The notes beneath the pieces were generated by a model. The model saw only the letters and a list, made by a program, of their open reading frames with translations. It was not told the DNA's origin and ran no database searches. From positions 12,555 to 76,554 of the forward strand of contig CAZZCF010000001.1 of NCBI GenBank assembly GCA_964652955.1: 64,000 bases of DNA, in the 5' to 3' direction. Positions 22,492 to 31,582 of the stretch are shown piece after piece; the first letter of the stretch is position 1, and each line of letters starts with the position of its first letter. The DNA is from an uncultured Leptospirales bacterium. Lineage in GTDB: Bacteria; Spirochaetota; UBA4802; JAKQUI01. The translations under genes and the position numbers were made by a program.

Positions 22492-23994
22492 TTACAGTAT
22501 GTTGCCATAGTCTTTCAGGATGCCTTCCTTGAGCTCTCGTACTTCTTCAACGGCCGGATGCAATTCTGTTATGCTGTTTTTCAGCGTTGCCAGTGTTATC
22601 TCCTCCTCCTCCACCTTCGATTTGCCGGGGAATATCTTCTTGAAGAGCTTCCGCAACCCCTGGAGGAGGCCGGTATCCTCTTTCAGCCGTTCCCTCTTTT
22701 CCGGATCTTCCCTCATCTCCTGAAGGAGCTTCCTGATATTGAGCAAAAACTCGATCTGATGAATTGCGCCCGTCGAGGTGAATTGTACCATGGTCTGTTC
22801 GTATGCATCCAGGAAGGCGTCTTTTTCGGATTTATCTCGTGCTTTCACCGAGATGTAGCTGTTCAGCGTGCAGAGCATCAGATACAAACTTTTTACATCA
22901 TCCATGGATACTTCATGCCGGTTGTCGAGAAGGGCGGCAGCTCTCAGAAAATCCGCCGACTTCGCCAGTTTTCTCGGGCTGATGAAGAAATTATATTCGC
23001 TCCGTCGCATTTCGGAAACGAATTTGTTGGTGATCACATTTTTCATAAAGAACACGGTGTCGGGAATGGTAACCTGAATATCCCTGTTGTTGTTTTTGAT
23101 GATTTCGGAGATGTGTATTATCTGGCTGAAGGGGATTTTCTTTTCCGGTTCGGTTGGCTTGCCGCGGCTGAACGCATAGGTATGATCGATAAGGAGCTGA
23201 GAGTACATATTCGAATCTTCCGGAATAATGGCCTTATAGATGAAACGGTCGAGCACCGCCTCGGTGACTTCATTGATTCTCATATAGTTGGCTGTTGCGA
23301 TGGTCGAATGTACCGCCGCATCGATGATCTCGGGACCATTGATGAACTTCCGCTCGTTGAGAACGGAGAGGAGCGATCGGAGCACAACATCACTGGCGTC
23401 GAAAAACTCATCCAGAAAAACAAGATCGGCCTCGATAATGGAGCCGTGAATATTATGGCGAATGATTCCCTTTTTGAACTCCTCAATGTTATAGGGGCCG
23501 AAATAGTTATCGGGGGTCTGGTCCTTGCTCGCCTGCGATGAGAAGACCCGAACATTATCGAAGGTGTTGAAGATATAATTGGCAAGGTATGATTTTGCCA
23601 TGCCGGTTCTGCTCAGGAGGAGGAGATGCTCCTGGGTGAGTATGGCATACATCGCCTGTTTGATAATCTCATCCCGGCCGATGACGTTCTGGGAGATCCG
23701 TTCCATATGCCATTTTAAATAGCTCGTAATCGAGGGGATATCGTAGTCAGCCTCTTTCTCGACAATCTCCACCGGAATATCCGGTACTTTCCCCGGTTTT
23801 TTTTCGACCCGGCTGGTGACAACAAACTGAGAGGGTGTCTCCGTATCGCGCTCAATCCTGTCGTCCTCGCGGCATATTCCCGGTTCCGCATCATCGGGTG
23901 TGTAAATATAGTACCCCTCTTCTTCGAACAGCGATTCGACTGAAGCGTATTTGATTAATTCTCGTTTTTCCGATTTTGATCGCATCGTATACAT
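22492..23994 (-). CDS. MoxR-like AAA+ ATPase (AAA_3/AAA_5 class) with degenerate P-loop and long terminal extensions
   Basis: 'GRDEIIKQAMYAILTQEHLLLLSRTGMAKS' (Walker A-like), 'DLVFLDEF' (Walker B), 'TIATANYM' (sensor 1) and 'AVLDRFIYK' (arginine finger) are arranged as in MoxR/RavA. ATG 23994 lies 13 nt after the kinase stop behind a GGAGA RBS. Confidence 0.75.
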   Translation of the reverse strand: MYTMRSKSEKRELIKYASVESLFEEEGYYIYTPDDAEPGICREDDRIERDTETPSQFVVTSRVEKKPGKVPDIPVEIVEKEADYDIPSITSYLKWHMERISQNVIGRDEIIKQAMYAILTQEHLLLLSRTGMAKSYLANYIFNTFDNVRVFSSQASKDQTPDNYFGPYNIEEFKKGIIRHNIHGSIIEADLVFLDEFFDASDVVLRSLLSVLNERKFINGPEIIDAAVHSTIATANYMRINEVTEAVLDRFIYKAIIPEDSNMYSQLLIDHTYAFSRGKPTEPEKKIPFSQIIHISEIIKNNNRDIQVTIPDTVFFMKNVITNKFVSEMRRSEYNFFISPRKLAKSADFLRAAALLDNRHEVSMDDVKSLYLMLCTLNSYISVKARDKSEKDAFLDAYEQTMVQFTSTGAIHQIEFLLNIRKLLQEMREDPEKRERLKEDTGLLQGLRKLFKKIFPGKSKVEEEEITLATLKNSITELHPAVEEVRELKEGILKDYGNIL

Positions 23995-24007
23995 CAATCT
24001 CCGGTTT

Positions 24008-25624
24008 TCATTCGTTAACGGCCGGTACGAGGATCTTTACCGAGGTGCCTTCCCCGGGAGAGCTCTTGATCCCGATAGTTCCCCCCATGTTTTCGATGAT
24101 GGAGTAGGTTACCATCAGTCCCAGTCCGGATGCCTTCTTCCCCTTGGTGGTAAAAAAGGGCTGGAAGATACTTTTAAGGTTCTCTTTCGGAATGCCGATT
24201 CCGTTATCTTCGACCAGTATGGAGGCGAAGGTGCTGCTGTTTACTGATACCGAATCAACGGAGAGCACGAGCTCGCCCTTGTCGGGCATGGCGTCCTCCG
24301 CGTTGGAAATGAGATGCAGCAGGACCTGTATCAATTGATTGCGTATGCCCCTGACGCGCGGGCTCTTCTCCGAGTAGGAGGTCGTCACCTTGTACCCGTT
24401 TTTCTGGAGCCTGTTCAGGGTTGCCTGGATGGGATGGGCGGTCAGGATCTTGTGCAGATCAAAGACTTCCTTGGCTTCCTCCTCGGGCTTCGAGAGGCTC
24501 AGCAGCTGATCGGGGATTTTCTTAATGCGCTCCAGCTCATTTTTGAGCGAATGTACATAATCAGCCACCGGGCTCTTGTCGTCGATGTTCTTTTCGATGA
24601 AGTTGAGATCCATTGTCATGAGATTGAGGGGAACTTTCAGCTCGAAGGCGACGCCGTTTGCGAGCAGCCCCATGGCGGAGAGCTTCTCCGACCGCTTCAT
24701 CTTGTTTGCGATTTTCATCTGTTCGGTAATGTCCTCGACCATGACCAGGATGCTCTTGACCTTCATGTTGGTGTCGAGGAGCGGATTCATTCGCACGTTA
24801 AGATTGAGTTTTCTGTCCCGGGAGGGCGGGACATATTCGATATTATCCTGTTGTACCGGTTTTTTCCTGAGAACGGCATCATCGAGGAGTTTTTGCATCC
24901 CTGACTCTTTAAAGCCGGGGTGTTCGGAGAGGTTGATGCCGATAGTGGTTTCTTTGGCCTCCTGCCCCATGAGCTGTCTGAAAGCCGGATTATCACTGAG
25001 GATAATCCCGGTTGGTTCCAGCGTGAATATGCCGATGGGAGCGCTCTCGATTATTTCATCGTTCAGGGTTTTCAGCCGCTTCATCTCTTCAGCCTGCAGG
25101 AACTGCTCCCGAATACGTTCTTCCAGCCTGATGGTGTTTTCTCGAAGCTTCTTCTCCATCAGGTGCATGTCGGTGATGTCTCTCAGGATGGCGATGAGGC
25201 CGATAACGCTGCCATCTTCAAATCGTATCGGTGAGAAGTTGGCAATAAAGTATGTGAGATTGCCGTCTCTATCATAGGTTTTCATCTTTTCGTTATGGAA
25301 TACCCGTCCTTCTTTGAGCACCAGCTCGAAGACAATCCGTGCTCGCTCCAGTTCGATTTCCGGGATGTATTCAGAATAGTGCATACCGACTGCTTCATCG
25401 CGTGAGAATTTCGACAGCTTTTCGCCGGCTTCGTTGACAAAGAGAAAGTTCCCGGAACTATCAAGTAAGAATATTACATCGGAAGCGGACTCTACCAGGT
25501 ATTTGTAGTAGAGTCCCAGGTCCATCATGAGCGATTGTTCTTCATTTTTTTTACGATATGCTATGAACTTCTCAATGATTTCTTCTTTGCTCAGTGATTC
25601 TAATTCTTTCGGATTAATTGCCAT
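24008..25624 (-). CDS. Cytoplasmic PAS-PAS sensor histidine kinase-like protein (HisKA-like + HATPase_c), phospho-acceptor position occupied by Phe
   Basis: It has no TM segment and two PAS-like regions. The HATPase_c N box 'LLHLISNAEDAM', G1 'DNGIGI' and G2 'GLGL' are present. The H-box region reads 'GVAFELKVPL', where the family consensus is G-x-A-H-E-x-x-x-P-L. Confidence 0.8.
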   Translation of the reverse strand: MAINPKELESLSKEEIIEKFIAYRKKNEEQSLMMDLGLYYKYLVESASDVIFLLDSSGNFLFVNEAGEKLSKFSRDEAVGMHYSEYIPEIELERARIVFELVLKEGRVFHNEKMKTYDRDGNLTYFIANFSPIRFEDGSVIGLIAILRDITDMHLMEKKLRENTIRLEERIREQFLQAEEMKRLKTLNDEIIESAPIGIFTLEPTGIILSDNPAFRQLMGQEAKETTIGINLSEHPGFKESGMQKLLDDAVLRKKPVQQDNIEYVPPSRDRKLNLNVRMNPLLDTNMKVKSILVMVEDITEQMKIANKMKRSEKLSAMGLLANGVAFELKVPLNLMTMDLNFIEKNIDDKSPVADYVHSLKNELERIKKIPDQLLSLSKPEEEAKEVFDLHKILTAHPIQATLNRLQKNGYKVTTSYSEKSPRVRGIRNQLIQVLLHLISNAEDAMPDKGELVLSVDSVSVNSSTFASILVEDNGIGIPKENLKSIFQPFFTTKGKKASGLGLMVTYSIIENMGGTIGIKSSPGEGTSVKILVPAVNE

Positions 25625-25713
25625 GGCATACCACTTCTCAGAGAAGAATGGGGTTTCCGATATCTACCATTAAAATATATCAAATCCCCTCCTAAAAACA
25701 ACTACAATTTTTT

Positions 25714-26151
25714 TTAGGATATGCGCACCGTGTTGAAAAACCATACTTCAACGATGAGGCTCACAAGAGTGCCGGCGAGGAATGATAGTGCGAAGAAGGT
25801 GTAATTCATTCTGAAAATAAAATATCCCCCCAGAGCAAAGATCGCCAGAATGACGACTCGCAGGATAAATCCCGCGAGGGTTACTGTGAGGAGAACCAGG
25901 ATGTTTGATCGCATTCCCCTGAGGGCGCCGAGCAACCACAGAAACGAGAGCGTCGCACTTGCTGTTGTTCCGGTAAGATATCCCAGAAAGGCTGCAATCC
26001 CGCGGTATTTGAGACAGAGGAGCGCGATGCCGAAATTCACGAGAGTGGCAATCGCGATCGGATAGAGAGCTTTTCTCGTACCTGTCATGGGACTCCCGGA
26101 GAGAATTGTGTTGATAAAACGACCGTACAGAAAAACCGGGTCCCGGGGCAC
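25714..26151 (-). CDS. Small integral membrane protein (about 4 TM), unknown function
   Basis: 145-aa hydrophobic ORF between adk and the kinase gene on the same strand. No motif recognised and the start is uncertain (an alternative Met lies at residue 22). Confidence 0.45.
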   Translation of the reverse strand: MPRDPVFLYGRFINTILSGSPMTGTRKALYPIAIATLVNFGIALLCLKYRGIAAFLGYLTGTTASATLSFLWLLGALRGMRSNILVLLTVTLAGFILRVVILAIFALGGYFIFRMNYTFFALSFLAGTLVSLIVEVWFFNTVRIS

Positions 26152-26187
26152 ACTTCGGATCCCCTTCCACGGAATGGCGGGGGCGGC

Positions 26188-26880
26188 TTACTTCAGCTGC
26201 GAGAGGAGCTCAGCGCTGACCTCTTCGACACCGGGTTTTCCGTCCAGCTCAATGATGCGGGGGCGGCCGTTGTTGTCCCGTGCAATCTGCTTGAAGTACT
26301 CAACTGATGCGAGCGTTCCCTCATCACGGTCGTAATAAATGGCGTGGCGTTTATCAATTGCCCCCTCGTCCTGATCATCGGCTCTTGCTGAAAGCGCGCC
26401 ACCGCAGACTCTGCAGACAAGCTCACCGTCTTTTTCTCGTGGCCTGATCGCCTCAATATAGATGTTATTGGGGTGATTGTTGTCGTTTTCGCACAATCGC
26501 CTTCCCATAATTCTCTTTTTCGCCGTTTCTCGATCCAGGACGATTTCGATGACATAATCGAGCGAGATATTCTCCCGATCAAGAGCTTCATTCAGAGCTT
26601 GTGCCTGTGCCCCGTTTCTGGGAAAACCGTCGAGGAGCCAGCCCTCTCTGCAATCGTCCTCTTTCAATCTGCTCAGTATCATCGGGATGGTTATGTCGTC
26701 GGGAACGAGGTCGCCTCTATCGATGAACTCCTTCGCCTTTTTCCCGAGCGCTGTTCCCTTTGTGATGTTTTCCCTGAATATCACACCCGATTCGATATGG
26801 GGAATCTGGTATTTTTTCTGTACGATGGCCCCCTGCGTTCCCTTGCCGCTTCCGTTTGGCCCGAAGATCAGTATATTCAT
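26188..26880 (-). CDS. adk: Adenylate kinase with Cys-rich (zinc) LID
   Basis: 'MNILIFGPNGSGKGTQG' P-loop, 'GFPRNGAQAQAL', and a LID carrying the Cys pair 'CRVCGG'. Confidence 0.95.
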   Translation of the reverse strand: MNILIFGPNGSGKGTQGAIVQKKYQIPHIESGVIFRENITKGTALGKKAKEFIDRGDLVPDDITIPMILSRLKEDDCREGWLLDGFPRNGAQAQALNEALDRENISLDYVIEIVLDRETAKKRIMGRRLCENDNNHPNNIYIEAIRPREKDGELVCRVCGGALSARADDQDEGAIDKRHAIYYDRDEGTLASVEYFKQIARDNNGRPRIIELDGKPGVEEVSAELLSQLK

Positions 26881-27235
26881 CCATACACCTCGCTTTCACT
26901 GCAAAGTTCGCTGCTGATTACGTGTTGAGTCAGGAGACGATGAGCACCCGCGTTCATTATAGAACGAGATTACGATAGGGGCGAAAATTGTAAAGAAAGT
27001 TTTGCAACAATGCGTCAATCCGGGCGATGAGTTTTCTGCCATCTCCGTTTCATCATGGTGCGGGTAATAGGGTATGGCCCCTCCGGGGGTGATAATGATC
27101 ATTTGTATTGTGCTTGACCTCCTAGTATTTTCCATTATCGATAGTATCGTCTGCCATATAGTGCGGGATAGCTGACAGGAGGAGGTTGACGTGATCGTGC
27201 AGAACAGGCCACAGAAATAACGCAGGGAGGATGAC

Positions 27236-27691
27236 ATGGAATTTATACCGGTTGAAAAGCTCAAAGAGATGATTGGCCAGGAGATGGGAGTGAGCGACTG
27301 GGTTCAGATTGATCAGGGGAAAATAAATCAGTTCGCCGAATGTACCGGTGATCATCAGTGGATACACGTTGATGTCGAGAAGGCAAAGCAGGGCCCCTTT
27401 GGCGGACCCATTGCACACGGTTTTCTCACCCTCTCACTGATACCGGTTTTGAGCGGCTCGAGCAAATACATGCCGGAGGGAATCAAGATGGCCATTAACT
27501 ACGGGCTCAATAAGGTCAGGTTCATCAACCCCGTACCGGCCGGCTCGCGGGTTCGGAGCAGAATGGTCCTGGCGGATATTGAAGAACGCTCCGGCGGAAG
27601 AATAATGATGACCACCACTCATAATATCGAGATTGAGGGGCAGGATAAACCGGCATGTATTGCTGAATCGCTGGCGCTCTTCTATGTGTAG
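27236..27691 (+). CDS. MaoC-like (R)-specific enoyl-CoA hydratase / hot-dog dehydratase
   Basis: 'NQFAECTGDHQWIHVDVEKAKQGPFGGPIAHGF' is the MaoC dehydratase signature. Confidence 0.85.
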   Translation: MEFIPVEKLKEMIGQEMGVSDWVQIDQGKINQFAECTGDHQWIHVDVEKAKQGPFGGPIAHGFLTLSLIPVLSGSSKYMPEGIKMAINYGLNKVRFINPVPAGSRVRSRMVLADIEERSGGRIMMTTTHNIEIEGQDKPACIAESLALFYV

Positions 27692-27965
27692 AGGGTTTCT
27701 CTTGTTTCCTGGAAAAGCTTAAAAGTCCAGACCGGATTACGGGATGATAAGGAAATTTTTTCAATCCTGATAATCTGAACAGAGTGTTTAAATGTTTAAT
27801 TCAGTTGAAACGATGATGAGGCTCGCAAAAGATAAGGAGAAAGGGAATAAGAATAACCACAACATGAAATCCTGTTATCCCGTCTAATTTTTTTCCTTTC
27901 CATAATGTGAGTGTCTCAGGATCGTAGATGATGTGATCAGAGGGTTTATTTACAAGGAGGAAACC

Positions 27966-29633
27966 ATGGAGGAGAAGCCCTGGCATCGCCATTATGATTA
28001 CTGTGTCCCCACCACGATTCGCTATCCGAGAATTCCTGCGCATGAAATACTTCAGATTCCGGTGAGCGGCTTTCCGGACAAAACAGCGCTGTACTTTTAC
28101 GGCACGGAGATGACATTCTGGGAGCTCCGGCAGCGTGTTCTGATCATGGCAACCGCCCTTCAGTCGCTGGGCGTGCGGAAGGGGGATCGGGTCGGCGTGC
28201 ATCTTCCCAACTGCCCGCAGTTCGTCATAGCGTATTACGCGGTCATGTCGCTCGGTGCGATTGTGGTCAACCTCAACCCCATGTATACCGCCGAGGAGCT
28301 CAAGGCCGTTGCGGCGAATACCGGCATGACCGCGCTGTTTACCTTCGATATGTTCATTGAGAACGTCCGGAAGATGCTCGAGGCGGTTGAGATTCCCCGG
28401 GTGATCGTCACACGGGTAACCGATTTTATCGACGGGATTCCCCGGAGCACGCCGGAGGATCTCGGCTTGGAGGAGGGGTGGCATCACTTCTCGCTGCTCA
28501 TGGATGCCGTTACGAGCGTGAAGCGCCCCCGCGTTGATATAGTCCCGGATGATCCGGCGCTCATACAGTTCACCGGCGGAACAACCGGCATTCCCAAGGG
28601 GGCGGTGTTGACCCACGGGAATCTCGTTGCGGCGACGCTGCAGTGCGCGCTCTGGGGGTCGGCGACAATCGGGTATATCGCGCCGGAGCGGCGGAACGTG
28701 CTCTCGGTGCTTCCCTATTTTCACGTCTACGGTGCCATTGTCGCCCTGAGCTGGGGTATGTTCAGCTGCGCAACACAGATAGTGGTTCCCCGCTTTGAGA
28801 TCGATGAGCTCATGGGTATCATCGCGAATTTCAATGAGATTACCTTCTTCCCGGCCGTTCCCACCATGATAAACGCGGTTATCAATCACCCGAAGGCGGA
28901 TGAGCTGAACCTCGCCAGGCGGCTCGGGCTCCTGAACAGCGGAGGCGGTCCCATGCCGGTAGAGCTCATTGAGAAGGCCCGGGATATGAACATCAACTAC
29001 AGCGAGGGGTGGGGCATGAGCGAGACCACCTCCCTCGGCATCGCGAACCCCGTTCTCGGCCTCAAGAAGAGCGGTGGGATAGGTATCCCCTTCCCCGATA
29101 CCGATATTCGCATTGTCGATGTTGAAAAGGGCGTGGAGGAGGTCCCCCGGGGGGAACCGGGCGAGATTGTTATCAGGAGCCCGCTGGTCATGAAGGAGTA
29201 CTGGAACAATCCCGAGGAAACGGCGGGGCAGCTCAGGGATGGATGGCTCTCTACCGGTGATATCGCCTATTTTGATGATGATGACTATGTTTTTATCGTC
29301 GATCGGAAGAAGGATATGATAATTGCCGGCGGTTACAATATATACCCGCGGGAGATCGACGAGGTGCTCTACGAGCATCCCAAGATTGCCGATGCCGTTG
29401 CCGTGGGAATTCCCGATGAGTATCGCGGCGAAACAGTCAAGGCGTACATCGTGCCCCGAGAAGGGGAGACCCTCACCGAAAAGGAGGTCATCGATTTCTG
29501 CAAGGAGAAGCTCGCGCCCTACAAGCAGCCGAAGGTTGTCGAGTTCCGAAAAGAGCTTCCGAAATCGGCCGTGGGAAAGATCCTTCGAAAGATACTCCGC
29601 GACGAGGAGATGGGGAAGGGGAAGGGGAAGTAG
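27966..29633 (+). CDS. Long-chain acyl-CoA synthetase / AMP-dependent synthetase-ligase
   Basis: AMP-binding 'TGGTTGIPKGAVLTHGNL' and a 'GEIVIRSPLVMKEYWNNPEETA' region. Start is ATG 27966 after a GGAGGAAACC RBS. Confidence 0.9.
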   Translation: MEEKPWHRHYDYCVPTTIRYPRIPAHEILQIPVSGFPDKTALYFYGTEMTFWELRQRVLIMATALQSLGVRKGDRVGVHLPNCPQFVIAYYAVMSLGAIVVNLNPMYTAEELKAVAANTGMTALFTFDMFIENVRKMLEAVEIPRVIVTRVTDFIDGIPRSTPEDLGLEEGWHHFSLLMDAVTSVKRPRVDIVPDDPALIQFTGGTTGIPKGAVLTHGNLVAATLQCALWGSATIGYIAPERRNVLSVLPYFHVYGAIVALSWGMFSCATQIVVPRFEIDELMGIIANFNEITFFPAVPTMINAVINHPKADELNLARRLGLLNSGGGPMPVELIEKARDMNINYSEGWGMSETTSLGIANPVLGLKKSGGIGIPFPDTDIRIVDVEKGVEEVPRGEPGEIVIRSPLVMKEYWNNPEETAGQLRDGWLSTGDIAYFDDDDYVFIVDRKKDMIIAGGYNIYPREIDEVLYEHPKIADAVAVGIPDEYRGETVKAYIVPREGETLTEKEVIDFCKEKLAPYKQPKVVEFRKELPKSAVGKILRKILRDEEMGKGKGK

Positions 29634-29716
29634 TAACGGGTTAATAGTTAATAGTGAATAGTGATTGGTAATCGTATGTCTTTTTAACGTGTCACTTGTT
29701 ACCTGTCACTCGTTTC
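29631..29716. repeat. Second copy of the heptad-periodic repeat family (GTAACGG GTTAATA GTTAATA GTGAATA GTGATTG ... GTCACTTGTTACCTGTCACTCG)
   Basis: It shares the motifs AGTGAATAGT, GTAACGGGT and GTCACTCGT with the 12845-12949 element and likewise begins at a stop codon. Confidence 0.6.
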
Positions 29717-29827
29717 AAATAAAATAATCTGCGTCCATCTGCGGTTAATTGTTTAAGCAGTAAAGGGAACATTAGGAGTCATAATCGCGGTAGTGGTGTT
29801 TGCTGCTGAGTGAACAGAGATATCCGG

Positions 29828-30751
29828 CTACTCAATCATCGAGTCCAGAATCCGGTGAATCTCCTCGATGCTCTCTGCGTGAACGAGCCGGTTTCTCGTC
29901 CGGGAGGCGTTTTTGATCCCGTGCATGTATTTCACCAGATGCTTCCTCATGAGGATTATCCCCCGCTGGCCGTAGAAGGCCATCATGAGCCCGAGATGCT
30001 CTCTGATCTGATCGATGCGCTCGCCGAGGTCAGGCGTTTCCCCCGAGAAAATCCAGGGATTGCCGAGGGCTCCCCGCCCTATCATCACGGCCGGGCATCC
30101 TGAATATCGCAGCCGCTCCCGTGCCTCGGAATGGGATCTGATATCGCCATTCCCTATCACGGGGATTGAGAGGTCCCGGTTAATCTCACGGATGATATTC
30201 CAGTTCGCCTCCTCGGCAAACCGCTGTGATCGGGTTCTGCCGTGTACGGTGATGAGGGAGATGCCCGCGTCCTGCAGTGCCCGGGCGACGGTCATGTAGT
30301 TCAGGGTGTGCGCGTCCCAGCCGATCCTTATTTTCGCCGAAACCGGAGCCTCTCCCCCGTCGATGACCCTTTCCGCAATGGCTTTCATGTGTTCCGGCTG
30401 CCGAAGGAGGGCGGCTCCCGATCCGCTCTTGCAGACCTTCGGGGCGCAGCATCCGAAATTGATATCGATGATATCCGGTTTGAGCGCCGAGACCTGCCGA
30501 GCCGCTTCACCCATGATGTCGGGATCATTCCCGAAGAGCTGAATGCCGATGGGGCGCTCCTCCTCGGTAAAGCGCAGCAGATCCCGCGTTTTCCTGCTCT
30601 CGCTGACGATACCCTGCGCGCTGATGAGCTCGGAGAAGACGAGAACGGCGCCCTGTTTTCTGGCGATCCTCCTGAAGGGCGAATCGGTGTAGCCCGCCAT
30701 CGGCGCGAGAACGAGCTCTCCCGCTATGTTCAGATCTTTTAATTGTATCAT
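29828..30751 (-). CDS. dus: tRNA-dihydrouridine synthase
   Basis: 'LAPMAGYTDSPFRRIARKQGA...IQLFGNDP...INFGCCAPKV' contains the Dus FMN/catalytic Cys region. Confidence 0.9.
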   Translation of the reverse strand: MIQLKDLNIAGELVLAPMAGYTDSPFRRIARKQGAVLVFSELISAQGIVSESRKTRDLLRFTEEERPIGIQLFGNDPDIMGEAARQVSALKPDIIDINFGCCAPKVCKSGSGAALLRQPEHMKAIAERVIDGGEAPVSAKIRIGWDAHTLNYMTVARALQDAGISLITVHGRTRSQRFAEEANWNIIREINRDLSIPVIGNGDIRSHSEARERLRYSGCPAVMIGRGALGNPWIFSGETPDLGERIDQIREHLGLMMAFYGQRGIILMRKHLVKYMHGIKNASRTRNRLVHAESIEEIHRILDSMIE

Positions 30752-31038
30752 GCTGTTTCGCCGCTCCGTGTGATCCGGCGCTTCGTGCCGGAATTATACG
30801 GGTCTCCGAAAGTTTTGTAAACCACGGATTTCGAAGATAACGCAGGTGCGCTATTCCATCAACTTTTTTTGAGCAGCCCTTTGTTTCATGCCCTGGCACG
30901 GAGAGCACCCGTCTGCGCGGGAGGCGGAAACTGATGCGAGACATAAGAAGCGTCCTGCGTGAGAAGTGCTGTTCTGCGTCCCTCTGTGGGATTATCATGC
31001 TCTATCAATTTGAGGAAGAGCACTTCGGGATGCGATCT

Positions 31039-31512
31039 TCACCGGAGCTGCTCATTTCGCGGGCGCTTCGATCCGCTTTTCAGGATGGCGTATTCGAATC
31101 CGTCCAGGAGCACCTGAAAGGATGCCGCGTTGATGTTCTCGGAGAGTGAATACACCTTCCACACCTCATCGCCGTCGGTGAAGATAATGGTCACCTCGAC
31201 ATCGGTGCTGGTTCCCCGCTTCGCGTCCATGATATTCGCGCGGTAGTCGATCAGCTTGACGCTTTCAATTTCGGGGAAGAGGGGGGTGAGCGCCTTCTTG
31301 AGCACCTTCGCGAGGGCGTCCACGGGGCCGTTGCCGGTAGACGCCTCGTGAATGAGCCTCCCGTTCGCCTCAATCTGCACCGTCGCTTCGGGATCGACCC
31401 CGTTGTCTATCAACCGGTATCTTCCCACAATCGTGAAGGGAGGGGCATACCGCTTCAGCGAGCGCGAAATGGTAAGCGCTTTGGTCGCATCCTGTATCTC
31501 ATAACTCAGCAT
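31039..31512 (-). CDS. Standalone LeuA-allosteric (dimerisation) domain protein
   Basis: 157 aa; 'GNGPVDALAKVLKKAL' and the 'VKLIDYRANIMDAKRGTSTDVEVTI' beta-strand region resemble the C-terminal regulatory domain of 2-isopropylmalate/citramalate synthases. No catalytic TIM-barrel gene lies upstream. Confidence 0.5.
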   Translation of the reverse strand: MLSYEIQDATKALTISRSLKRYAPPFTIVGRYRLIDNGVDPEATVQIEANGRLIHEASTGNGPVDALAKVLKKALTPLFPEIESVKLIDYRANIMDAKRGTSTDVEVTIIFTDGDEVWKVYSLSENINAASFQVLLDGFEYAILKSGSKRPRNEQLR

Positions 31513-31582
31513 TGAAACATCTCTCGTATGAGGTCGCGTGGTCGGCTCTTATTGATATTCGTTATCCTGCCTCGGGAAGAGA

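Noticed and set aside
22072-23541. 489-aa plus-strand ORF overlapping the VWA and AAA+ genes
   Set aside because: It is antisense to two genes with clear motif support and has no recognisable domain.
27801-29378. 525-aa minus-strand ORF opposite the acyl-CoA synthetase gene
   Set aside because: It is antisense to a gene with an unambiguous AMP-binding motif, and its translation is His/Arg/Pro-rich and low-complexity.
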